From the NCBI RefSeq assembly GCF_964355755.1, contig NC_092672.1:29890437-29954436 (forward strand): a stretch of 64,000 nucleotides of DNA. The letters are read 5' to 3'. The position numbers and the translations under genes were made by a program. This stretch comes from Antedon mediterranea (Eukaryota > Animalia > Echinodermata). Positions 37,401 to 50,400 of this stretch are shown here, piece after piece. Under the pieces are notes generated by a model. The model ran no database searches. It worked only from the letters and a program-made list of their open reading frames with translations, and had not been told where the DNA came from. Within the stretch, counting starts at the first letter, position 1. Each line of letters opens with the position of its first letter.

Positions 37401-40331
37401 ACCAATCGGTTTCCTTCAAAGAAACCGAAGCTAATACAATACATTCGGCGACTGAAGTCGGGACTCGTGAAATTTATAAATGTGGTACGATTTGACTACT
37501 GTTTTGTTGTCCATTTTCTGAATAGTCGGAGGTGCATCCCAACAAATTAAAAAAATTATAATCAATTGTTTTATCAAGAATAATATTAGTTTAATCGAGT
37601 ATGATATATTTCTATCCTGTTCAAAATTTGTTGGTGTATTCTCAGGCCTCGAAAGGTAGGTACATTTTCTAGCTGTGAGCGTGGTTTCGGCAACGCGAGA
37701 CACGTGTGTCAGTATAGGCGATAGCGAGACGTGTGTTGTACTGTGTTGATGCTGATCCGATAGTCGTTAAGTTGTACTGATTACGAGTATCATTGGTCCT
37801 GGCCGGCCTAGCCTGGTGATCTGATCCCCGCAAAAAAAATACTTTTTTCCAATCAGTATTAATATTATTATTTTGTTTTTCATTTATTATTTGATTTATT
37901 AGGCTCAATAGATGCCTAGCAGGCTACTAGTACTAGTAGGCCTAGATTATATAAATAATAATAGTAAATACTGTAATTTAATTAATAAAATACAGCTTCC
38001 ATTTGCCTTACTTTTATGTCATCATATAATATTATAATTATATATACAACCAGACATTAACATTTTTTTTAAAATAATATTTATTATTTTTTCTGACACT
38101 TTCAGGAATCGTTGTGTATGATGCAGAGTTTTTGTGACTTCAAACTGAGAGTGAAGTGGATAAAAAGATGACACCGGTACCTACCGACATTGTCATACCC
38201 AAACTATAATTTAATTATTTAAAACAAAATGTTGAATTACAAATATATATGTATTTTGCAGAGGATTTAGATGAATTACAATACAAATATTTATGTTGAA
38301 TGCAAACCTACTACACTATACTCTGTAAATTATGTTATTGTCATGTGGTAGACCTTAAAAATTGAATATTTATTGTATGTTAGGCCTATTTTATATTTTA
38401 TTATTACTGTATTAGTTTAATATTACTATTATTATAATTTATATTATACAGTACTAGTTTGTACATGTTTTTACCAAAAAAAAATGAATAAATAATTTGT
38501 TATTCAATCTAATTGCTTGTTTGTTCATCAATAACAAAACAATTGTAAGCAAGTATATAACAGTTCTTGTTAGCCGCTTATTTCAGGTCATATTATTAAT
38601 ATTAGCTAGGCCCGACGCGCCCGATCACAACGTCACTAAGTGACTTTCCGCCCCTGGAACAATCGGTCGCTAATATGGCTAGGCCTCGGACTCGTATAAA
38701 AGCTATTATAATAGTTATGATAAATATTCCTCAAAATGTATACTGTGATAAATAAACAAGTAATAATATAAGTTGTATTGGAATGTATTTATTTATATGA
38801 ATTCTTATACGCGGACAATTATAAATATCGCGTATATCGTTCGATATAAATAAATTCATAAACACGATGACGATGTGTTTACAAAATGGCGGTTTCGCTA
38901 GTTTTCGATGGAACAAATAGTGGTACCTTTAGTTTGAATAGTCGGAGCTGCATCCCAACCACCGAATTTTGTATCTTAATATCGTATTCTGTAGATTATT
39001 AATTTTTCTAACAGGGATTTTCAATTCAGGACTGTTCAATTTTTCTAAATATTTTATTTTAATGATTTTCTAGGGTACAATTTCGAAAAAAAGACATTGG
39101 TTGATTTTGCCGTTAAATTACAGATTATCGTTTTGTTAAAATACATTTAATTTTACATGACAATATATTAAAACCATTTATGAATTTATTTCACTAACAA
39201 TATTTTTCCGATAATCAGCTAAATTTACAAATATTGTGTTTTTCCAACACCCTAAAATTTAGCAATTTTGAACTAAATTAGAAAAGTAGGGCGCCCTCTC
39301 CGAGTCGAAATTTGACACGATTTGTCGACTGGCTGTCCCACTGTGTATCTTTAATATGGGATCGAAATATTAAATAGCGCGCCCTCTATTGATCTCCCCT
39401 TTTGTCAAGCGCTTAACTTATCTTTGTATTAGGCCTACTTCTTTTTTAGTTTTAATAATTTTGTACGAAGCCAATGTACAGAAACGAGAGTGGGAAAAGA
39501 TTTTGCACTCTTACCATAATTTTATAACTTGATATAATAACTTTTAAATAAACACAGAAAACAGTTAATTTTTTGTTCATATGAACGTGGGTCATTTGAT
39601 GTTCTCAATTTCTACTGAGCCTCAGTGTGCGACTCCAATCCAGGTCAGTCCATTGAACAAGACTTACTATTTAAAAGACATATCTGGCAATGGAAATTAC
39701 TTAAGTGGATCACCTGATCTAGCATTTACTACTGGTATTTATGGCGAGCAAGATGAAGCAATATTGATAAACAAAGATATTGGTTCGCAAATAACATTAC
39801 TCTATGGACACAAAGACCCGACCTTTACATTGGCTTTCTATGTTCTCATGAACGACGGTTCAAAAAAGGCCTTCGTTTATTCCGACTCATTTGAAATTAT
39901 ATTTGCGTTTCATGTTGATCATATGTTTCATGTGTCAGAGGCAGCGGTTAATTACAACGTGTATGGTGAAGTTATTCGTTGCAATGCCATGCGTTCTGAA
40001 GAGTGGACATTCTTTGCTCTTACATTCAACGGATTCGAAAGAAAAATACGACTTTGGCGAAACGGGGAGATTGCTTGTATGGCTGCTACGGAATTCTCAG
40101 AAATCAATTTTGGAAGCATTGTGTTTGGTTGCGACGAGAGTGTAATGAAGATGGCCAAGCTACAGGTTTACCGTGAGAGCCTTGATGAATATGAGATCAA
40201 AGAAGCGAGAGACCTGTAAAATGTTATTAGGAGTAAGAATTATTGTCTTTAGTAAATAGACATACACATCAGTTAATGATTATGATTATCAATTGAAATA
40301 ATTGTAATCATCACCATATTCACTATCAGTG

Positions 40332-40362
<31 letters not shown>

Positions 40363-40876
40363 AATAAATGTATTCATTTTATTTATTGTTTTGTTATCGT
40401 TATTATCAACATATATATTCATTGTATTCTTGTTGTTTCTGGTGTTTGAGTCATAACTCCTTTTATGCATATTTTTTTATCCTTTCTAAAATTAGTACTA
40501 TAGTTTATAGTAAGGTATTTTCTAATAACAATGCTGTTTTTACTGTCGCCTTTGTCTTTTTATTCGGACTTAGAAGTAATATACATTTTTATTATTTTGC
40601 AGGTGATGAATGCTCGAAACCAAACCTTTTCCAGGTCCACGTTTCCACAACTGGAAATGCGCCACCATCGGTTATAAGCCATTCTTCTACACACTCGGAG
40701 GTCTTCTGAGTATTGAGATGTCGCAGAAACATAAATTGTTTTGGAATTATTTATAATCATGAAACACAAAGCTGTGAAGAATTTAACGGAAATAATTTGT
40801 CAAATATTGAGAGAGATTTAATTAGAAAAAATTAAAAAAGTACTACGTAGCAGTCCGGCAAAACTGTTGTAATTGA
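34444..40876 (+). pseudogene. Copy E (duplicate of A)
   Basis: Exon 1 34444-34501; exon 2 from 35219 has lost CFHS and its normal donor (~35311); exon 3 35737-35820; exon 4 36731-36974 has +1 nt; exon 5 39618-40232 has a TG acceptor and TAA 40217-40219; exon 6 from 40603 has TGA 40707-40709. Confidence 0.88.
37177..39343. mobile_element. Second copy of the 201-2368 element (carried by the segmental duplication)
   Basis: Same site, same termini and near-identical interior. Confidence 0.85.
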
Positions 40877-43188
40877 TTAATACTGAAAATAAAAAAGTCA
40901 ATACAATAAAGTAGAAAGTTAAAAACAAAATAATACTAATAAAACAAATAATAAAGCAATGATTTAACATTTTTTAAATGTTGTAAAAAGAAACAAAGAA
41001 CAATGTTTTGATTTTCATCTTTTCTATAACAAGAATATTCATGTTAGTGAGTAAACAAGTTTTACATAATTAGGTAAAATGTTTACATAATTAGGTAAAA
41101 CTGTTTACATAATTTGGTAAAAATGTTTACATAATTAGGTAAAAATGTTTACATAATTAGGTAAAAATGTTTACATATTATTATAAAGTTAAATTGTTTA
41201 CATATTATTAGTTAAAGTTTAGGTAGGCTTACGTTCACATCATTAGATAAAACAAAAGTTTACCTTTATTAGGTAAAAACAAAAAAAGAACATGTTACCT
41301 TATTTATTAAGTAGAAAAGGTTTACATTTTTTACTATGTTTTAAGAAATTGCATGATATTTTTGCCTAGACTGTTCGATTCACAATATCGCGTTAAAACT
41401 TGCTCTTTTGTGTTTCAACTTTGATCAACTTTATTCTGTTTTGAATTTTGTTGTAGAATATAATATTAACTAAATGTAATAAAAAATATAGTAAATACGT
41501 CATTATTGAGAGGCTGTAGTACTACGTAGCAGTTCGGTAAACTAATTGCAAGTTTAAAATTGTGATTTAGGCCCACTATTACCGAAAATAGAGTAAAAGG
41601 CTACATGGCTTTCTCCCTCCCTAAAATGTATTGTGCAAAAAAGACTTGGTAATTTCATTTACTATTTTAAAATATTTTCGAATGCGGAAGCATTGATACA
41701 AATCAAAATTGACTTGGAAAATTAAACATCACAGATCGCTTTATATTACCGATACCGATTTAATATTTGGGATGATTTAACATTTGGGAGAGGAGAAAAT
41801 CTGTCAAAAGATTATTAAATTAAATTATTAAAATTATTAAAATATGTTCTTGCTCAGACAATTATCTTTTGATAACGTCATCACGTCTACAAATTTGATT
41901 GACCTTGGTAACGTAATGTCACGTGTATTTTGTATAGAAATATTATATTATTATGAATGGTTTATTATTCTACGTGTCATTCAAAGTATATTGCGCCCCC
42001 TTTTGCTCTTATAGCTGAATTGTATTATCATCAGAAAAATAAAATTAAAAAAAACATAACCTGACTTGGCATAAAGAAATATGGTAAAATGAATTGTATT
42101 ATGCTGAACTCTATAACTAAATAAAGTTTAAAATAAAACTAATAAAAATAGAAGAAGACATAATAAAATAAAATGATAATAATAAATAAATAATAAAACA
42201 ATTAAAATACATATATAGATATATATATTTATAAACACATCAGGCACAGAAAAAGAAATAACAATAAAAATAAAGGAATCAAAATAAAAGAAACATGAGA
42301 CAGACAGCAAATATTTCATGACAGTTTCAAAGAAAGGAAGTTGTTCATGTTAATTCTGACTAAATGAAATGTTCAGTAAATGTATTCAGTAAACACATTT
42401 AAAGTCATTAATTTAAACAATTAGTATTGGCAGATAAATGTGATATTTAATGTTGTATATTGTTTGTTATTGCATTAAATTAGATATATATTGTACCACG
42501 GTAGAGCTTTAACGTTAACATTTCTATTCTATCATTCACAATTTATCAAACATTATCTAGTAAATTGATGTAAGAGTTTGCAAATGACAGTTGTTAGCTG
42601 ATAGATAAAATAATTAACTAAATAGCCTACAAATAACAACAATATTATAAATCAATCATTTATGTTGACGGTAAATACCTTTTGGAATAGTCTACCTGTC
42701 GACATAAACATGCTAATACCAGGGAGTTGTTATCTAATACAACAACCATTATTTGAATAGCTTTTAAAAAACTCATCTTTTCAACAAATATTTTCACCCT
42801 CGATAATCATATATCATGTGACCCGTCACTCTCATTGTTTTTTAATTGCTATTTATTTTATTTATTTCATGGATTACTTTTAATTGTATGTGAAGCGCAT
42901 AATAGGCTTTATCAAGAATGAAATATTAGCAAAAGTCATGTGATTACAGTGACCAATCAAAATGTAGAAAGCCGAGTAAGCACGATTTCTTTGACTTTAA
43001 ATATATAAATTGCTGAAACTTTTATTCGTTAAAAAGTCCACAATTCGGGAATTGTTGAGAATCTATTTATATGGACAATTTTTTCCGTAAATAAAGGTAC
43101 CATACCAGGTTAATATAATTTTATCACCGACATTGTATTTGTCACTATCGTATTCTAACTTAAATCCTAAACTCTAAATATTATACAG

Positions 43189-43398
43189 GTGATGAATGCC
43201 CGAAACCAAACCTTTTTCACGTTAAGCCAACTGGAACTGCGCCACCATCGGTTATAAGCCGTTTTTCTACACACTCAGTGGTCTTCTGCGCATTAGAGAT
43301 GTCGCAGAAACATAAATTGTTTCGGAATTATTTTTAATCACGAAACAAAAAGCCGTGAAGAATTTAACGGAAATAAAACTGAACCAGATTTAATTCGT
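43189..43398 (+). pseudogene. Orphan PAN-domain exon, duplicate of 6214-6423
   Basis: Near-identical to 6214-6423 at offset 36975. Confidence 0.8.
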
Positions 43399-44425
43399 CG
43401 TGTTTAAATTATTGTGTTTCTTTTTATTTGTTTAATAGTTACGTTACCTTTATCTATTAATGTTATATTATGTTTGTGTTGAAATGAGTACTACGTCCGG
43501 TAAAACTGTTGTTGTTGTAATTGAATAATGCTGGAAATAAAAAAGTCAATACAATAAAGTAGAAAGAGAAAAAGAAAATAATACTAATAGAACAAATAAT
43601 AAAGCAATGATTCAACATTTTTTAAATGTTGTAAAACGAAACAAAGACAATGTTTTTCTTTTCATCTTTTTTATAACAAGAATATTCATTTTAGTGAGTA
43701 AAAAATGTTTACATAATTAGGTAAAAATGTTTATAAAATTATTATTATTATAAAGTTAAATTGCTTACATATTATTAGTTAAAGTTTAAGTTGACTTAGG
43801 TTTACATCATTAGGTAAAACAAACGTTTATTAAGTAGAAAACATTTACATTTTTTACTATTTTAAGAAATTACATTATATTTTCGCCTAGAATGTTCGAT
43901 TCACAAGATCACGATAGAACTTGCGCTAGTGTGTTTCAACTTTATTCTGTTTTGAACTCGTCTATTGCAGAATATAATATTAACTAAACTTAATGAAAAT
44001 ATAGAAAATACGTCATTATTGATAGGCTGTAGCTAATTAGACTACAAAAATCCATCGAGATCAATGGCCATTTTTTAAATGTAGAGAAGTCTTATGCGTT
44101 GCTGACGTCAAATAGAAATAAATAGTTAATTAATATTGATTCATTACTACCGGTAATCTATAGTTTGGCCTAAAATATTAACAATTTTTACATTTTATGG
44201 TCAAGTTTTTTTCACTATAAATTTTAATTATCTCTTATCTTTTTTAACACATCATGCATTCACACGTTTGTATTGTGCTACATTTTTTGAATATGTATGC
44301 AAGCGTAGTAAGATTACAATCTAAGTTTATTAACAGAAAGAAAGTAACAAACATACATACTTCGGAAGTAGATGTTCAAGTAACAAGTCAATCCGTTTTA
44401 CAAGAGAAAAAACCTAATCGAACTC

Positions 44426-47400
44426 ATGATGTATTTGTTTATTTGTTTTTGTTTTCTTTTCAACTTTTTGAATTCTCATGCGGGTGAGTTGATTCTTATT
44501 TTTTTCTTCAAACAGGTAGTACTAATATAAACATTTTGTAATGCTATGATAGGCCAACTTGATATGTATTCTTACATCTTCAGATTGGTGTTTTATGCAT
44601 TTCAGTAAAAAAGAAACTTTTGCTAAAATGCATTTAAACATAGTAAACATATATTTAAAAACAACTAATTCATAAAAACATTCCAAATTTAATTACAATA
44701 TTTATGAGAATAGTAAAATGTATTTAAAACACTAATTCATATAGAAAAAATATAATGTAATATTTATGAGAATATTTATTTTCGTGTGTTTAAAAAATGT
44801 ATGTAAATATTATGATATTTGCACTCTTCTGCTTTAAAATTTAATGAATATAGTTCTTTGAAAGAGAATAAAAAAAAAACGGTCTACATAATTTTAGATT
44901 CTTTTCTTTATTAAAGTACATTTTTCTTAAACAATTTTTAATAAACGTATTTGAAAGAAATATAAAACTAATAATAAATTTAAGATAGAATAGAATTATG
45001 GGTACTTTTTAAAGAATCATCATTTATAACCAATTAAATAAAAATAGTAGATTTCTTAATAAAGTATATAAGTGTTTGATTCCTTATACTTATACTTATC
45101 TCATATATGTACTATAATGCATAGCTCGTTGACAAATCTACATTTTGTAATAAAATAAAATTGTATTTCAGCACTCATATCTTATGGAAAGCCAGCAACA
45201 TCATTGTCTGTATATCAAAGTTTTCTACCTGTATATTCGACTGACGGGAAGGAAATAGAACCAGACTGTTTCCATTCAGGTGATATACTGTCTAGGCCAC
45301 CGTAATCTAAAATAGATAATTATGTACAGCGATCCATATATTATTATACCATCGAGAAATAAGTAATATTTCTCCATCCATTGTTATATACGAAATTCGC
45401 ATGGGTTAGACCTATTTGATTTGCGCGAGATGAAAATTGATACAAAGGCCAACAAAGGTATTTGGCGTTTTTCATCGATTTTGGCATAAAACTGATTCCA
45501 TTCATGAAACTGCTATTTATTTAAGTGTCAAGAATTGTAATTGAGGAAATTTTATTTTCGGGCTATACTGGGCCACAACAACATGGCGAATATTTATTAT
45601 TGGCCGCCTTGGCTATACGCTATTTAGAGCTATAACTAAAACAGATACAAATTCATAACATAAATATTTACATTTTTTAAAGGACAAACACAGGTTGGTG
45701 AATGGCTGAAAGTTGATCTTGGAGCCGACTATACGATTACAACAGTGGTCATCATTAATAAAATAAGTAAACTTATTTATCGCAATTAATAATATCATTT
45801 TCACCTTCAATTCCACGTACAATTATCATTTTTATACGTATTTAACTTATCATTTTACCTAATAATATATAAAAATAATATAATATATTATAAATAATAT
45901 ATAAATATATAAAACAATATTATTGTTTTATATATTTGCACATTCTACCAAAGTAGTCAAGCCGCTTGTGGAAAACAAAAGAAAAACTAATCCGTAAACA
46001 GAACAAAAATTACCAAATCTAGACAAAACTCCACATAACTGCTTTCCGTTTACTATAGTACAAAACTCACATTTGTTTGTTAGTTATGTGAGCGTCTCAC
46101 TAGACAATACAAATCAGTAGGGTGGGGACGGATATGGCAAGCCTCAGCTGTCTGAAGTATTCAAAATATTATATTATTATATCAATTTTTTATTATATTA
46201 TATATTGTATTGTAATGAATTATACGTTTTGCATTATATTACTTGGTTTTAGCATTATATTATATCTATTTCTAATATATTATGTGAAAAATGTAACAAA
46301 TTATTGACTTTTTGTATTATATTATTTGGTTTTAGCATTATATTATGAACATTTAGTATTATATTATTAATAAAATACATTATATTATAATATAATTGTA
46401 TTATATTAAACGCATTTACTTTACTTTATAACATACAACATTATTATATTATACGGATTCGTTAGTTATATTATTATTTTGTATGATGTTTATTATACGT
46501 CACGGCTTATTTCAGTTCTTCTAACTCTTTCTCTCCCTCCCCCTGTTCACTAGCAATCAGCGGCCGGCAGAATCTGAATTGTGTGACTGTTGAAGAATAA
46601 CTACGTACTAGGCCTAGCCTAGGCCTACTAGGGGATCTAGACAAGTGACCAAGGATCACCGGACAGCTACAACTAATACTACAATACAATAATACTACTA
46701 CAATAACTACTACTGCTACTACCTAGGCCTAGCTAGTGAGTAGTAGGTAGCTACTACTAGGCTCTAGGGTGTATGTATGATGTTAACTACTAGGCCTAGG
46801 GCCTCTAGCTAGGCTAGGCCTAGAGGCCTACTAGGCTAGGCCTAGACTTAAGTTGTAGTAGGCTAGGGCCGGGCCTGCTGCCTTAGGCTAGGCTACCACT
46901 ACTACTACTACTACTACTAGGCAGCCCATGATGGGTACGAGTAAGCCAAAATTTTGGATATATTTAAACCAAAATTTGGGTACGAGCGTGTTGGCATGGC
47001 ATGGGTACGGGTTGACCTGTATCCTTCTAGCTAATCGTACTATGCCTAGGCCTCAAGTAAGTCTACGCTACCCAGTCCGGCTACAATATGGTCTATTTTG
47101 TTTTATAGCTTTATTGATAGCTGGGTTCAAATCTGTGTTGGGACGGCTTTTTCTCATTCTAAAACAGATTTCCTTATAATAAAATAATATATGAATTTAT
47201 TTGTAATATTGTAATTTATACATAATATAAGTAATTGCCATTATTACTATTAATTATGTATTATACGGTTACCCCTTAATTATACTATAGTATAATTTCC
47301 TTGTTATATTTTACAATATTTTCTTCCTAATTCTACAATTTTGTCTTTCACAGCACAAATTTATCATACTGAATCATCACACACCAAGTCTCATAAATCT

Positions 47401-50400
47401 CTACTGTATTTTTCCAAGCTACTCCAGCTACGGTACATGGTATTGCCTTGAGGCTAAACTACACGGTATACTGGCACTACCATCATTCCTGGCTCGTCAA
47501 CCTGTACCACATAAGCACAGTTTCAGTTTCAGTTTATTTACCATTTCAATTTCTGAACATAAGAGATGAACAACTTATGGATGGATAACCGTAAAAGCGA
47601 AGCTCGTTTACCGGTCACCCGTTAGTGCAGTGACATTACAGAAAACATAAAGACAGGACAAAGGTGCAATACTTAACAAGACATGTGAACACTTGTGTTT
47701 GCAACCCCTTGGATAAAATAATATATTTATATAAAGGAGAAAGTTAGATATTATAATATTTCTTTTTGATCATACAATGATAATTTTTAAATTACTTCTT
47801 AAGAAGTCATACTACTGATTCAAAATAGTGACTTACACCCTGTGGTCAAGGCGTTATTTGCTCTTATGCTTATTTCCTCCAACATACAGAGTACATAGGA
47901 CTTTTTTTATTCATAACTGTTGAATTGTTTCCCAATACATAGTACCTATTGGTATTATATCTAAAAATACAAAGGCGGCTAACACAGATAGTTCCATATA
48001 TACAGTACTCTTTTATAGATAGATGTATCTCTCCAAACTACTCCCAACTACCTAATCTAATAATAGTACTATTAGCATACTACTATACACTTTGTAGACA
48101 AGAAATAAGTTGTATACACCTACAGGACTTATGGTAGTACAGTCGATCGCACTCTCACTGGCCCGGTCAACATAATCTATACCTAGATTATTACAGTAAT
48201 TAAAGTACATTATTACAGAGTTTTGTTTTTTTTGCAGAAATCAAAGTTATGTGTATAGAAAGCAGTACTCGTATTAAAAACTAAGCAGGTTGCAGGTCTT
48301 GAATGCGAACTGGCAGGATATTTTGAATATTTTTTGTTGTTGAAATGATGTCCAGAATCCTAACTTCAATTTCCACGAACTGGAGACGAAGACATATTAT
48401 GACCCTTTTATTTAAATTTATTTGAATAGACCTCCATGTAAAGTCATTAAAGGCTACATGATTGTTTTATATTTTAATATGTGATAGTAGGAAATCATTG
48501 TGTATAATGAGGACTATGAATCTGATATTTACTTGCATTCTTATCTTTTTAAAATATTATTTATAATGCCGGTAATGAGTTAAAAATTTAATGATATTGA
48601 CTATTTTTGATAATCATCATGTCCTTATAAATTCATTTATACTTTTTATGTGTAATATAGTTCATATATTATGTATTAAATATATTGGTAAGGCCCTATA
48701 CTGTTATTATTTAAGGAAAGTTTATATACACTATTATTTTATGCCTACCAGTATTAGTATTAATTGTTTATGTAAATATTTTGTCTAATTGCCTTGATTT
48801 TTGTATAGGCCAATGGCATCAATGTTTTTCTCAAAGCAAATTAGCCTAATAATGCCACATTTAGACACATGATTCATTGATTTCTGATATTCTGTACTTG
48901 TGTGTATGCATTACTAAAATAGTAGTTAATATATTTCATTTATAATGTATGTATAAACATATATTCATATTTTTTTTAACATATTTAAATTTAAAAATTA
49001 TTACAATACCTATCTACCTTTCTGATATTGTTACTATTATATAATATTCTTTGAGGCAGCAATAAAAAAAAAAATTAGAACAATTAATTTGACTTATACT
49101 GTACTATGTTAGTTCAGGAGATGAAGTGTGTGTGGGCAGAAACTAGTGTGTTGGAGGTTGGTGGTGTGAGGTGTATAGTTGTCACTTTAAGACCTAAATT
49201 AGATGTTTTCTGAAGAAAAGAAGTAAGCGCATACGCTTTCAAACAACTCCAAGAAGATTCACACAAAAATAATTACTTTCCAATAAAGTAGTATAACAGT
49301 GTATATTACAGTACATTGAATAAACTCGAGCGGAATAATAACGCACATAAAAAAACATTCATTTTCTTTTCGAAAAGTGCCCTCTCTAGTTTTCTATTAA
49401 TTTATTAATAATTATTATTAATTAATGAGTAATATGAACATATTTTTAAAATTCAATGCTGGAAGCTGGTTCTACTCCTAACAAAGTTTCATATCTCCAA
49501 ATTTCATCAACGTATTCAAAGCACTTCAATATTAAATATCACATTTAACATAAAAATTCGGGTTTTGGATAGAATTTTGCTTAAAAACATATACAAAAAA
49601 CATCGATAAAAAATACTTTTCGTATTCAAAAACATTTGATACTTGGTACAAATGTTCACTATAGGTTGCTCTATTCACAGAAAAAAATTGCATTCAAGAA
49701 CGTTTTTTGTTGGTCGTTTTTTCAAAATAGTTATTAGCTTGTAAAAAATGAGTTGGAATTGTATGGTCTTTCATAAGTGTACATTTTGTAAAAACGTAAA
49801 TTTAAAAAATCAGTGATATGGCTTGATAGTTATTTTTTGTTTGCAATATGGATGGAGCAACCTATATTGAACATTTATACCAAGTATCAAATGTTTTTGA
49901 ATACGAAAAGTATTTTTTATCGATGTTTTTTGTATATGTTTTTAAGCAAAATTATATCCAAAACCTGAATTTGTAATGTTAAATGTAATTTATTGAAGTG
50001 CTTTGAATACGTTAATGAAATTTGGAGATATGAAACTTTGTTAGGAGTAGATACAGTTTCCAGCATTAAATGTTAATATGTATGTTCATATTACTCATTA
50101 ATTAATAATAATTATTAATAAATTAATAGAAAACTAGAGAGGGCACTTTTCGAAAAGAAAATGAATGTTTTTTTATGTGCGTTATTATTCCGCTCGAGTT
50201 TATTCAATGTACTGTAATATAGACTGTTATACTACTTTATTGGAAAGTAATTATTTTTGTGTGAATCTTCTTGGAGTTGTTTGAAAGCGTATGCGCTTAC
50301 TTCTTTTCTTCAGAAAACATCTAATTTAGGTCTTAAAGTGACTACTATACACCTCACACCACCAACCTCCAACACACTAGTTTCTGCCCACACACACTTC

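Noticed and set aside
199-39345. RAG-type somatic recombination system acting on the lectin array
   Set aside because: The heptamer-like ends belong to one intronic TE duplicated with its block, both host copies are pseudogenes, and no recombinase is encoded in the window.
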